A program made the position numbers and the translations under genes. A stretch of 54,865 nt of DNA, filler included, from Jimgerdemannia flammicorona (taxonomy: Eukaryota): assembly GCA_003990765.1 (NCBI GenBank). It is 3 parts of 3 records of this genome, joined end to end, with 100 filler letters (N's around TTAATTAATTAA, not from the genome) between each part and the next. Parts side by side here need not be neighbours in the genome. Positions count along the whole stretch, not along the records: positions 1 to 18,222 come from RBNJ01002257.1; 2 more parts are not named here. One strand, written 5' to 3'. Under the pieces are notes generated by a model, which saw nothing but the letters and a program-made list of their open reading frames with translations, searched no databases and was not told the origin of the DNA. Position 1 is the stretch's first letter. Each line of letters opens with the position of its first letter. Positions 1 through 11,870 of this stretch are shown here, piece after piece.

Positions 1-40
<40 letters not shown>

Positions 41-99
41 GTCCCTTGGACTCCATCTTTATTACCAGTCTATGAATAAGTATATAATATCCTCACCCA

Positions 100-3000
100 C
101 TATCCGATCCCCATCGGGGGGCCCCTCCCTACCTCTTCACATATAAAGACCACCCTCTCACCAACAACTCCAACTCTCCCACCACTCTGACCACAGATTT
201 TCACTACCAAATGGCACCTCCGACCCCCCTGCAGCCCCCAACCAAGCCACCAGCCTGTCAAGATATCCTCCATAAGGCACTGCCACTGTGATAACCAGCT
301 CTCCAAGCTCTGTCACCTCTCCTTCTCAAATACAAATAGCCAGTGACCAGCCAGCCCAACCCAAATAGCCAATGCTCAGCCTAGAGTAATCCACTCCTCC
401 CCTACCCCTCCTATCAATCGATCCCTTAGGTTCTCCCACCTCCCCCATACATTATCACCCCTACGCCTTACCCCCAAGTGGTCCCCAATGGCCTGCCAAA
501 AGTCTCCCAATACTCCACACTCTCCTAGCCAATGTTCTGGCATCTGTACAAATCCCCCTTCCTGCCCTACATTATGGCACTCCTCGCAGTCAAAGCAGTC
601 CCCTTCAACAAGGTATCCTGAGCAGAAGTTAAGCATCACATTCCTCCTCAGCATGCGCCACCAGACCACCCAGTACTTCAGCAGTATCTAATTTTTCACT
701 GTGGCACTCCAGGTCCAAACCTCATACCAGTCCCACTCCTCACCAATTCCAACTCTTTGTCAACCACTAGGCCACAGATCCTAGCCTGGTCTCCTTTGGT
801 ATTCAATTCCATCACCAATATTGAACTCAAGTAAAGGCATGCCTCCCAGAAGAATGCCATCCCATCTCTACATCACCGGGCCCCAATTCCTCTCCCCCTT
901 ATCCCCTCGCCAGTGAATACCAATGCGGTGTGCCCCCTCAGCTATCCCCCACCAGAAGCCTTTATATTGCAGTTGCGCAGTGTTCTGAAGCCCAACTAAT
1001 AAAAGAAGATCACCAGTCAAGCCTCTTGGTAATGTCCACCTCTCCCATACCTTCTGCAGCAGGGGAACCCAGCCCCCTCTACGCAACTCCACCACCCTCC
1101 TAAGCCACCATGCCCTCAAGCAGTGTAGTCATTTGGGGAAGTCCACCAGCCCAAGACCACCTCTCGCCACCAGTAGGAACAAAGTCTCCCAACCAATCTG
1201 ACTCTGTCTGCCAGCCCAAATCTATCCCTTGGCCACCTTCACTAATCTCTTCACCACCTAGACTGGGAAGTCCAGATGATAAGCCAAATACCACAGCTTT
1301 GGCAGCCAGTATACATTCAAAATCGAGATCCTTCCTGCCAGAGAGAAGTGTCTTCCCCCCCAACCCCACAGGTCCTCCTCCCAAATTCCAATCCTCTGCT
1401 CTCACCACAGCCTGGGCAGAACAGATCTATAGACCGACAAATAGATGCCCAAGTACTGCACTGCCTCTCCAGTGGGGACAATTGTTCCAATAACTTCTCC
1501 ACCCATCAGGCCATTGCCCAGCACTATTGTTTTGCACTTGTGCCAATTCAGCTTTGCCCCAGAGTTCTCCTCATACCACTCCACTGTCTTCTTGAGCTCC
1601 TTGACATCTGCAGTCACTCCCAAACCAAACACTATGTCATCTGCAAAGGCTCCAACTTTCCAGCCAACTCCATAGATAGAGAGCCCTACTATCCTCCACC
1701 GGATCCTGTCCATTAGAGGTTCCAAGGAAAGAGTATACAAAATGGGGGACAGTGAGTCCCCCTGGGGCACTCCCCTATCTAGAGGGAATGCTACCCCTCT
1801 ATGCCCATTATATATGATCGCAGCCCTACTTCTTTCCAGTAGGCTGACCATCGCCAACCGAAATGGGACTGGAACTCCAATTCTATCTAACACTTTTGCC
1901 AGCCAGACTCACTGCACCCAGTCATAAGCCTTCTCCTGGTCCAAGAAGATAAGACGCTCATCCAGTCCACAGGCTCGAGCACCTTCAATAACTCCATGTA
2001 TCCAGGCCATGCCATCTCTAATAAGCTGACCCCCTATGAAGCCTCTCTGCTCAATACCCACAATTTGCTGGGCTACCTTCTGTAGCCTTGTGACCACCAC
2101 CTTAGTCACCAACTTTCTGTCCATATCTAGCAACATTATCGGCTGCCAGTTCTTCCAATCCTCTTGCCTTCCTTTGTTCTTATAAAGCAGCATCACCAGC
2201 CCAAGATCCTGCTCCCCCACCCATCTCCCTGACTGCAATATAGAGTTACACAGTGCTGTCAACTCCCCCAACATGCCTGGGACTCCATCCTCCCCAGGCA
2301 CCATACCCAAGGCTGTTGCAGCAAGAACCTGGTGAATCTCGTCCTCCTTTACAGGCATCACCAGGTCCCCTAATCCCTCAGCTTGTGGTGGGTGCCAATC
2401 TTCTAATGTTTGGTCAATAGCTGTAGCATCCACCCCACCCTCCTCCTCACTCCACAATCTACTCCATCGTGCCTTCAGCATTCCAAGGATATCCTGTACA
2501 CTATGCACTAGTATACCATCTGAGTCAAGTACCCCTTCCCACCGCTGCTGTACCCTTCTCGCATGAAGTGTCCTCATGAGAAACTTGGAAGGCCTCTCCC
2601 CTTCCTCCAGCCCCTGCCAATGAAGCCATGCCACCAGGCCTTGTATCCTTGACTCTTCCTCTTCCCGCAGTACCTGTTGTAGTTCCCCAACCTCCATCTT
2701 CACCCTTGTTATTCTCCAATCCTCATCTCCCTCCACTACTGCCAGTCTCGCCCACTCCTCCAGGAGCCTAGCCAATCTAGTAGAAGCCCAATGCACTCTC
2801 CACCTTCGCTGCTTCCCAGCCACTCTGCCAGCCTTGCTCTAATACATCCTGGCCATCTCTTTCATCCTCATCCACCTAACCCCAATTGCAGCCCCTTCCT
2901 GCTGCCAATTTGCCACCTTCAGCTGAATGTCTTTCACCCACTCCTCTCACCGGGACTCATCATCCAACATGGAGGAATTTAGGCACCAATGTCCAGGCCC

Positions 3001-3716
3001 ATCACCACTTCCCCCAAAACACCCCTGTCCCAAAAGGCTCCAGTGATCTGACCACGGACACCATTCTACCTCTAGCACCTTCCAAACATTGCGGCCCCAA
3101 CAGTTGGCCATCAGAATCCAGTCAATTCTTGTTTCCAGACCTCCAGCCCAATGCATATATACCCTCCTGTCCCCCCAGTACTCCCTACCAGCATCCACCA
3201 GTGCTCCTAGCCTTTCGACCTCCTCCCACATTGCCAGCCCCCCACTCCTGCTCTCAGCATCTCATCCTCCATCAGTTCTATCCAGCTGTACATCTCGAAC
3301 CATATTGAAATCTCCTCCAAGCATATCCAATCCAGCTTCAGCAAGGATCCCACTCTCCAGGAGCCCTTTCACCCAATCCACATACTACCCCCGCACTGCA
3401 AGGCAGTAACAGGAACCAACTGTGACTGGCTCCCAACTTGCACAAATCCACTCACCCCAGACCAGTCTCTCCCCCCAGCTCCTCACATCCCTTATCTCCC
3501 CTCTGCCTTTCTGAACCAGAATCCTGACTTTGTTGTTCCAAATCGCCATGCTACTCCATTCCTTAGTCCATTCCATCCTATCAGAATCATCCTTGCACCT
3601 GACATCCTGCAAGAGTTGGCCTCCAATCCCTTTAACCAAATAAAAATGTTCCTGTATCTAACTGTGCCCCTAAGCCCATTCACATTCAAAGAAAAAATAT
3701 TGGTTGTACTGTTCAT
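100..3716 (-). pseudogene. LINE ORF2 (APE endonuclease + reverse transcriptase + C-terminal Cys/His motif), disrupted by stops and frameshifts
   Basis: APE motifs NIFSLNVNGL, RIDWIL, WSDH; RT motifs IFLDQEKAYDWV, GVPQGDSLSPILY, FADD; C-terminal CEEC...EHWLGEC. Split over several ORF-track fragments. Confidence 0.9.
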
Positions 3717-3746
3717 AATGAAATACAGTTTGTTCTCAATCAATCC

Positions 3747-5767
3747 CTACTGCTCCATGTCCATCTCCTCCTGTGCCATGTCCAGATTATATTCAGCCAT
3801 CACCTCCTCCTCTTCAGCCCTCTGAGCTTCTAGTCCAGCCAACAGCTCATTCATCTCCTCATCAGCCTTCTCCTCAAACTCCTCTCTGTACTCGATGCAA
3901 GCCTCCTGCCAAAGCTGCAACCCATGACACCTGTTCCAACAGTACTCAGCCTTCTCCCCAGCAACAACCACCAACTCTGCCTCCCTCTCCTTGTTCACCT
4001 CATACCCTTCCTCCTCCAGATACACTATGAGAATTTCCGCCTTCAGCACCATCACCACTCCTTCCCCCTATAAAATTCTCATCCAGTGCTCGTCACCCAT
4101 CCCATGCAAGTCCACCTCCCCCAGCTCTTCTGCTGCCAGGTTATTCATCATCTGGCACACCCAAAGTAGGTTCCCCACCTCTTTCCCACCAGGGGTCACC
4201 AGCCTCCCTCCATCCATCATCGTGGTATCAGCTCCAGCACTCGTGTCCTCATCCCACACCCCTGGGATATCCACCAGTTCCTCCTCCCCAGCCACCACTA
4301 CTTGGTCCCCATCCATTACCTCCAGAATGCTGAATTTCACCTACTGGGTTCCCAGCATCATCACGTTCTCCCCAGACTTGTTCCTGGAAGCCAGGCCATG
4401 CCTGATAAGAGGAGAAGGGGTGGGGGAGTTCTCCCAGACTTCATCCCAAACCTCCAAGATGCCATCAGCATATGGATCGCTAATCTTCACCTCTTTTGCC
4501 TTCCCTGTCTTTGCCCCATCATTCCCACTCCTCTCACCAGCCCAGACACTTGCTCCGGCCCCTTCTGTACCTGTCTTCATGCTCACATCCTTCTGTGGTC
4601 TACCCCCTAGTTTAGCCAGCAGATCCTTCTGCCTCTTCTGCCCCTGAGCCCTTTCCCACTGTACTTTGTCCACTCGAATCCTCTTTCCATCCACCACCTC
4701 CAGGTGCATCAACTCCTCAAAAGTCTTCCAGGCCTTAGCTCGCTGTTCCACAGCCCCATCCAGCTCCTCCAGCACTTCCAATAAATCTTCCTTCTCTTCT
4801 TCACTTCCTTTCACCTGCATCACCTTGCACAGGAATGCTCCCCAAACCATCCCCGAAGGCCAGTCTCTTGTCTTCCCAGTAGCCTCTTTCCCAGCCAGCC
4901 AAATCCTCACATCCACGTCCCCAGTCCTGAGTGTGGTCCCTTCCCAGACCCTGAATCCGATATCCACTACCTCTCCATACTCCACCATGACATCCTCCAC
5001 TCTCTTCCTCATCTCCATCACCATCACCATGGGTACTCCTTTCACCAGCAGTTGGACCACCCTCGGATCCCATTTCAAACACCTCGCTATCAGAACACAC
5101 ACCTCCCCAACCACCAACCCAACCTTCAGTGTCTCCTCCAGTGGTTCAACCTCCTCAAAGCCCACCTCCACCCCCTCCAGTCCCTTCAGAAACTTCACCG
5201 AAGCCGCTCCTGCCACCTACTTAGTGATAAGCCCCAACACCATTTTCGCCATCACTGCTAAGCCCCAGAAGTACAGCGTGACCATGAATGCTGAGGTCGA
5301 CTTCTTGAGTAACAGAGCCACTGCCAGTCCCATTACACCATCCGTCAGGTCCCTGAGCCTCATGCCCTTCCTACTGCTCAGCTCACCATCAGCAGTCCTA
5401 TCTAGATTTCTTTCCAGATCACCCATCACACCCCTATCAGTAGTCCCTGCCCCAGCTGCTACCCCCCCAGCTCTACCCCTATGGCCCTCCAGAGAGGTAC
5501 CCCCAAGAGGTTGCTGCCTGGTAGCCTTTACCAGTACCTTCCCCCCTCTCAGCTAGCTCTCTAGTCCAGCTCCCTGCCGACCCCCCTACACCTTCTCCGC
5601 AAAGCTCACCCTGCCAGACCCTTGACCTTCAGCTCCACCCCCTCCTCCACCATGGCCTCCTGCCAGCAGGCCCCTCATACTTCCCCCCAAGCCAGGGCCT
5701 CTCTCCACTTGCTGCCATTCAAATGCTCCAGGGCCACCCTGCCCAGTATGCACCTCTGGATACTCAT
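3747..5767 (-). pseudogene. LINE ORF1, disrupted
   Basis: Co-oriented acidic ORF fragments 3747-4058, 4068-4340, 4341-5216 and 5217-5429 directly upstream of ORF2; homologous text recurs in LINE copy 3 (48234-48641). Start ATG at 5767 is inferred. Confidence 0.75.
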
Positions 5768-5856
5768 TGGTCGCTATGATACTAGTAGCTTTTCTCCAGA
5801 AACTGTGTTGAAAGTGTTGCCAAAAGCTTGTGTAACCTGAATGTTACTGAAGAAAG

Positions 5857-6618
5857 ATGTTCGCTTAATCAGGATCTTTGGCTGAGCAGTTGGCAAGCAG
5901 TAAGAATTGGTGAGAACTGAGATTGGGCAGAAGTCTGGACATAGAGTGCTGAGGTATGGAGGTGGCTTTCTCCCAAGTACTGGATAGTATGGTGGCAGAT
6001 TCTATGGAGGAATGTCATGTTAAATTTCTATGCTGAGCATCTGATGGATGGTGGCCTACTGGAATGCAAAGCATGCTACAATGTTGGATTTGTGCAGATG
6101 TCAGAATATTGGCTGGGAGAGTGTGAGGTTCTGGGGGACTTTTGGATAGCAGTAGGAGACTGGCTAGGGGTAAAGAGGAGACCAGAGGAGGAGAGAGATC
6201 ACTGGAAAGATTTGAGAACTAGGTTGGTAGATAGAGTGGGTAATGAATGGCTCACTGTAGGGTGGGTTTTAGCTGTATAGATAGGGCTAGCTGGACATTG
6301 GCTCTTTATTTTTAAGGAGGAGCAACAGCTGGGTCTGTAGGAGAGGTTGTTAAGATGAGAGGGATTGGTGGGAGATACATATACTGATAGGGTGGTGAAT
6401 TGGATGAGGTCCCCAGGGTGGGTGTCACCACCATCTGGTGGAAGTAATCTGTAGACAGAGTAGTGGGCAGATGGAGGTGATTAATGGCCTAGTGGTCTTT
6501 AATTAAGAGGGAGTGGGGGAGTGAGGGCCCCCTAGAGGAATCAGATAGGGGTGGGCTTAGTATATTATATGTATATGGGATAGATGGCTGTATTAATAAA
6601 GGAAGAAGTCTAAGTGAC

Positions 6619-6650
<32 letters not shown>
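5857..6650 (+). mobile_element. 3' fragment of a related LINE (copy 2) with poly(A) tail
   Basis: ORF 6017-6280 (CKAC...EYWLGEC) is homologous to the C-terminus of copy 1 ORF2; AATAAA at 6595-6600; A-run 6622-6650. Confidence 0.88.
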
Positions 6651-6653
<3 letters not shown>

Positions 6654-8178
6654 AGGCTATCTAGACTATGCTAAATATGGATATAGCACTTAGTGCCTTA
6701 CTGAGTCAGAATGTGGTTATGTAGTACAAGTGTAATCTGATATATTAAGAGATCACCTAACGTTCACAGTCATATTATACAAAGCTAATCTAACTATACT
6801 AATGACTGCTAAGCTATCTATAGGTTTAGGCACTGTCTGGGTAGTCTTTAATAACATCACCATCAATGATATCATCTCTGATAAAGTAATTATCTAGAAA
6901 GAGTGGTTCTCAGATTACTTCTCTCTGTTTGCTCAGATAATAATATATACATTGAGACCTCATCACCATTCTACAGAATAGTATCATCTGTCTCATATAC
7001 TAGATATGGAGTTGGTGGGCAAAGGAGGGGTATATCATCTTTGCTTTCATTGGATTTGCTGTCTGCATATCTTCTATAAGTTATAGTACTATGTATTGCT
7101 AGATTGTAGTAAGTAGTTCATTTTATTTATACTCAGGAGGTAGAGTGGTTGATTCAATCTTAAAGGTTATCTAGAGATATAGGTTGTATTCTCTGGTCTC
7201 TTCATTGTAGTTGAAGTAATCAGGGGTAAATGTGGGCTAATATTCATACCAGTAGTCATTGTCTCAATAAGTGGTTATGAACTATTGTAAATTTATCAGC
7301 AAGGTTGGCAGGATGATCAGAGTTAGCAGAGATCTCTGACTGGAGGTCATGTTGGTGTTAGAGAGATCATTATCTTCTGCTTTGTCATCATCAAATTAGA
7401 TTATATCATTGATATCCTTCATAGCATATCCAACTTGAGGCATTTGTAAGATATGGTCATCAGGGTTTGGGAAGGTTCTGTCTGTAGTTTGAATGTACTT
7501 GATATACTTGTAGTTGAGTTCTTATATTATGTACATCATCAATTTAGCCATAGGATAGAGTGGTAATCATTTTGATAGTAGTAACTTAGAGGTAGGGAAT
7601 AAAAGAGCTGTACTTGTAGAAGAGTTCTTAATGTTTACAAGTGATGAGTTTCTGGTATTGAGACATTTGAGTAATATCTGTATCATAGTAGTATTTGACT
7701 ATATCTTCCAGGAGACAGCTGATCTAATAGTAGCTTGAGATTTATCTGATTTAGTGAGTCTCACTAAGTATATTCAGGGCATTCCATCAGGCTTCCACAA
7801 AGTAGAAGAATACTAGACTATAGATATTTATGAGAGACAGAGAGAGTGTGGCTCAGTTGACAATAGCATTCCAAATGTCAGTACAGATATAGTTATAGAT
7901 CTCAGTAATCATATTTGTATATATATTTAAGAGTTGTAGTTATTTGTTTGGATTGTTATAGTTCTCTGTTTTGATGTATCTGAGTACTTAGTATATATGT
8001 ATTTAGTCCTAATTGATAAGGTTCTGTTTGTGTAAATCTTATATTCTGTGACTTTGAGTTAACTCAGCTTTGTGCTCTGTGACTTTAGTTTGACTCAGCT
8101 TTATAATCTTGATGTGATTTTCAAATTTATTCAGAGGGTGATGTGTGATTTCAGTAGCTTAGAGATTGTGTACTTACA
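6651..8178 (-). repeat. 3' LTR of copy A (U3 part), interrupted by the LINE poly(A) just before the TATA box
   Basis: Begins TGTAAG on the minus strand at 8178; aligns to the solo LTR up to about its position 11860. Confidence 0.9.
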
Positions 8179-8192
8179 ACTCTCCCCTTTTT
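8179..8192 (-). other. Polypurine tract of copy A
   Basis: AAAAAGGGGAGAGT immediately 5' of the TGTAAG LTR start; a near-identical tract lies at 27928-27941 in copy C. Confidence 0.85.
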
Positions 8193-10576
8193 AGCTTTCA
8201 ATATCCTCATCAAGATCTTCTAATTTTGGTCTAGTGTTGTTACACTATTTAGATGGTCAAAAGTCCAGTAATATATATTTTTCTCTAAAAGTGGTATACT
8301 AATAGTATAGTTGCCTAATGCATTAGATTTACACATTAAAGAGTTGTATATTCAATGTTATATACCAGAAGTGATTCTGATATTATTCACTACTGGAGAA
8401 TTTCCTCTAAGGAATCTTCTTAAATATCTATATCTCATTTCTCACCAGTAGTATAGAGATAATAGGCTGGCTTTCAGTTTTATTAGTTTTCTAGAGAGTT
8501 AGTATTCTTTTTGTCTTGATTTACTGAGTTCTTGATTTTGTTTGTATAATTATAAGGGTACTTCATGTTTGGGAGGGATAATATATATTATAGACTGATA
8601 GATACTAGAGTATATAGCTTCAGTTGTTCAAGAAATCATATTCTTGAACTAGGTCAGTAGCATTCTGGAGATTGATCTTTGGTTCCCATGTTGCATCATA
8701 GATCAGATAACTTTTCTATTTGATAAGATATTCTAGATAGTTCTTGTAGCCATATTTGTTGAGAATTTGTTCAACTTTGTATTCTTCTTAGTCATTAATA
8801 ATAATAGGTACAGGTGGTTTTATAGTCCAGTTTGGAAATAGCTCATCATTATTATTATTATATTGCTTGAGATGTTGGATATTGAAGACCAGGTGAATCT
8901 TAATGGTGTCTGATAGTGCTAATTTATAGAAAGTTGGAGAGACCTGTATGATGACTTTGAATGGTCCAATAAATTTACTGTTCAGCTTTGTAAATGGTCT
9001 GTACTTGAGATTGTCAACTCAGTATCCTTGGATATCTAGTAGAACTTTTTCTCTGATGTCAAAAGTTTCTTCTTGGTAGTACTGGTTGACATACTATAAC
9101 TGTTATTCTTGAGCTCAGGATAAGTTCTTGATTGCAATCTGGCTTAAGTTGTATATTTGGAACAGAAATTCTTCAATAGCTTCAATAGTAGAGAGTTTAT
9201 CAGTAGTTTAGATAAGTGTCAGAGGAGTATTTGGGTTTTGTTCAATATTGGTAAAGAATTGGGTCATTCTAAGAGAGACTTACTTATTGTTATTATAGGC
9301 AAACTCAACTACAGTGAAATATTCATGCCAATCATCTTGTCTATAGGAAATATAGTTCCTTAGTATTTGCTCTAGAGTTCAGTTCATTCTTTCAGTTTGA
9401 CCATCAGTTTTAGAGTAAAAGGTTATAGATAGCATGAGTTTCATTCTAAGGTATACATAGAGGGCTTTCTAAAAGTGGCTGGTAAATTTTGGATCTCAGT
9501 CACTAATAATGATCTTGGAGAGACTATGATAGTAGAAGATATTGTCAAAAAAGAGTGTAGCTATATCTGGTACTATGGCAGTATTAGTAGTTAGCACAAA
9601 ATGAGCTTGTTTACTAAGATAGTCTATGAAGACAACAATTGCATCTTTTTCATTCTTAGTCTAAAGTAGTTATATAATAAAGTCTATAGAGATTTGTTCC
9701 CAATTAGCAGATAGTACTGAGATAGAGTATAGTAGGCCAGGTTTTGCTAGTATTGAGGACTTGTTGTATTGGCAGATATCATAGGAAGTAATGTAGGTCT
9801 TTAGCTGATCAGTTATATGGGGCCAAATAGAAGTTTCAAGAAATAACTTCATAGTATTTGTCAAATTCTAAATATCTGACTATAGGGGTATCATGACATT
9901 TGAATAGGATAGTTCTTCAGAGATCTTAATTGTTTGGAATATATAATTTATCCTTATAGTAGATAGTATTATTCTTTAGTTAGTATTAGTGATACTGGGT
10001 GTATATGCTAATATCATCACTGCTCAGGATTTCTTAGAGTACTTGAGCTTCTTTGTTATTAGTATATACTATGATAATTTATTTCATAATAGAGTTGGTA
10101 ACCAAGATAAGAGTTTGGATAACTTCTTTAATTGGTAGTCTAGAGATTGTATTGATAACAATATTCTCCTTGCTAGGATGATACTGGATTTTATAATCAA
10201 AGTTGGTGAGGACTTTTATCTATCTGACTTACTTTTGGGAAAGGGTAATGATTTGTGGTCCATTAAAACAGTAAAGTGTGTATCTTCTTGTAAGCACACA
10301 ACCTCCAAGCCACCAAAATTATATGTCACCCTCTGAACAAGCCACTGAAATCACATGTGACCTCCAAACAAATCAGGAAATCACCTACTTGATCACAAAG
10401 CTGAGTCAAACCAAAGTCACAGTGCACAAAGCTGAGTCAATATGAAGTTACAGAACACAAGATTTACATAAATAGAATCTTACCAATTAGGACCAAATGC
10501 ATATATACCAAGCACCAAGATGCATCAAATCAGAGAACCAAAACAAACAACAACTATAACTTCCAAACACACAAAC

Positions 10577-11674
10577 ATGAGTACCGAGATCTACAACTGT
10601 ATCTGTACTGACATTTGGAATACCATTGTCAACCAAGCTACACTCCCTCTGCCCCTCATGAATATCCATAGCCTGGCACCCCTCTACTTTGTGGAAGCCC
10701 GATGAAATGCTCTGAACATGCTTAGCGAGGCCCACCAAATTGGACAAATCTCAAGCTACTACCAGATCGGCCACCTCCTGGAAAACATGGTCGAATACCA
10801 CCATGATATAGACATTACCCAGATGTCTCAACACCAGAAGCTCATCGCCTGCAAACATCGAGAACTCTTCTACAAGTATAGCACCATTATTCCCCACCTC
10901 CAAGTTACCACAGCTGAAATAGTTGCTATCCTATCCTATGGCCAAATTGACAACATGATACAAGAACTCAACCACAAGTACCTCGAATACATCGAAACCA
11001 CAGACAGAACCTTTCCACACCCCAATGATCACATCCTGCAAATGCCCCAAGTTGGATACGCCATGAAGGATATCTACGATATAATCTACTTCAATGAAGA
11101 TGAAGCAGAAGACAATGACCCCTCCAACACTGATATGACCTCTAGCCAAGGATCTCTACCAACCCTGATCACTCCACCAACCTTGCTGATGAACTTACAA
11201 CAGTTTATAACTGCATATGAGACTTATTAGGACAATGACCACTGGTATGAATACTAACCCGCATTTACCCCCAATTACTTCAACTACAATGAAGAGACTG
11301 GAGAACACAACCTGTACCTCCAGACCATCCTTGAGATCGAACCAACCACTCCACCACCTGAGTACAAGCAATATGAACTACAGCCATCAGCTTACTACAA
11401 TCCTGCAACTCATAGTGCTGTAACCTATAGAAGGTATGCAGACAGCGAATTCGATGAAAGTGAAGACAATACACCCATCCTTCGTCCACCAACACCTTAT
11501 CTAGTATACGAGACAGACAATGCTATCCTGTGGGACAGAGATGAAGTTCCAATATATTATTACCTCAGCGAACAAGGAGAAGTAATCCGCAAACCATTAT
11601 TCCTAGACAACTACTTCATCAGAGATGATACAATTGATGGTGATATCATCGAAGACTACCTAGACAGTACCTAA
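10577..11674 (+). pseudogene. LTR (U3)-encoded ORF of ~365 codons, unknown acidic Tyr-rich protein; three nonsense lesions in this copy
   Basis: One frame from a conserved ATG (MSTEIY) to TAA 11672-11674, with stops only at 10703, 11228 and 11255. The last two read W and Q in the copy C 5' LTR (TYETYWDNDHWHEYQ); the first is TGG in copy C LTRs. Confidence 0.8.
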
Positions 11675-11863
11675 ACCCATAAATAGCCTAGCAGTTATAG
11701 TATAGTTAGATTAGCCTTGTACGATGTGACTGTGAACTGACTCAGCAGCCAGACGATCTCTTGACATGTCAGATCACACTTGTACTATATGACTGCATTC
11801 TGACTCAGTAAGGTACTTAGTGCTATATCTATATCTAGCATAGTCCAGATAGCCCCTCACTAG

Positions 11864-11870
11864 TATAAAT
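11864..11870 (+). promoter_or_regulatory. Putative LTR TATA box (TATAAAT)
   Basis: Conserved in the LTR copies that cover this region; lies downstream of the U3 ORF and ~120 bp upstream of an AATAAA (11987-11992). Confidence 0.6.

Larger units (their letters stand above)
2..5856 (-). mobile_element. Full-length, degenerate non-LTR retrotransposon (L1/Tx1-like LINE), copy 1
   Basis: Poly(A) tail seen as T-run 2-37; polyA signal (tttatt on + at 58-63); ORF2 remnants with APE endonuclease and RT motifs; ORF1 upstream. The 5' end (aagcttgtgtaa...gaaag, ~5856) matches the 5' end of the LINE at ~49140. Confidence 0.92.

Noticed and set aside
3991..5556. Long plus-strand Ser/Pro/Thr-rich ORFs (218 and 296 aa)
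   Set aside because: Antisense shadows of the purine-rich LINE ORF1; no independent evidence.
10577..11674. LTR ORF as an envelope gene
   Set aside because: No signal peptide, transmembrane segment or furin-like site is evident, and it lies inside the LTR.
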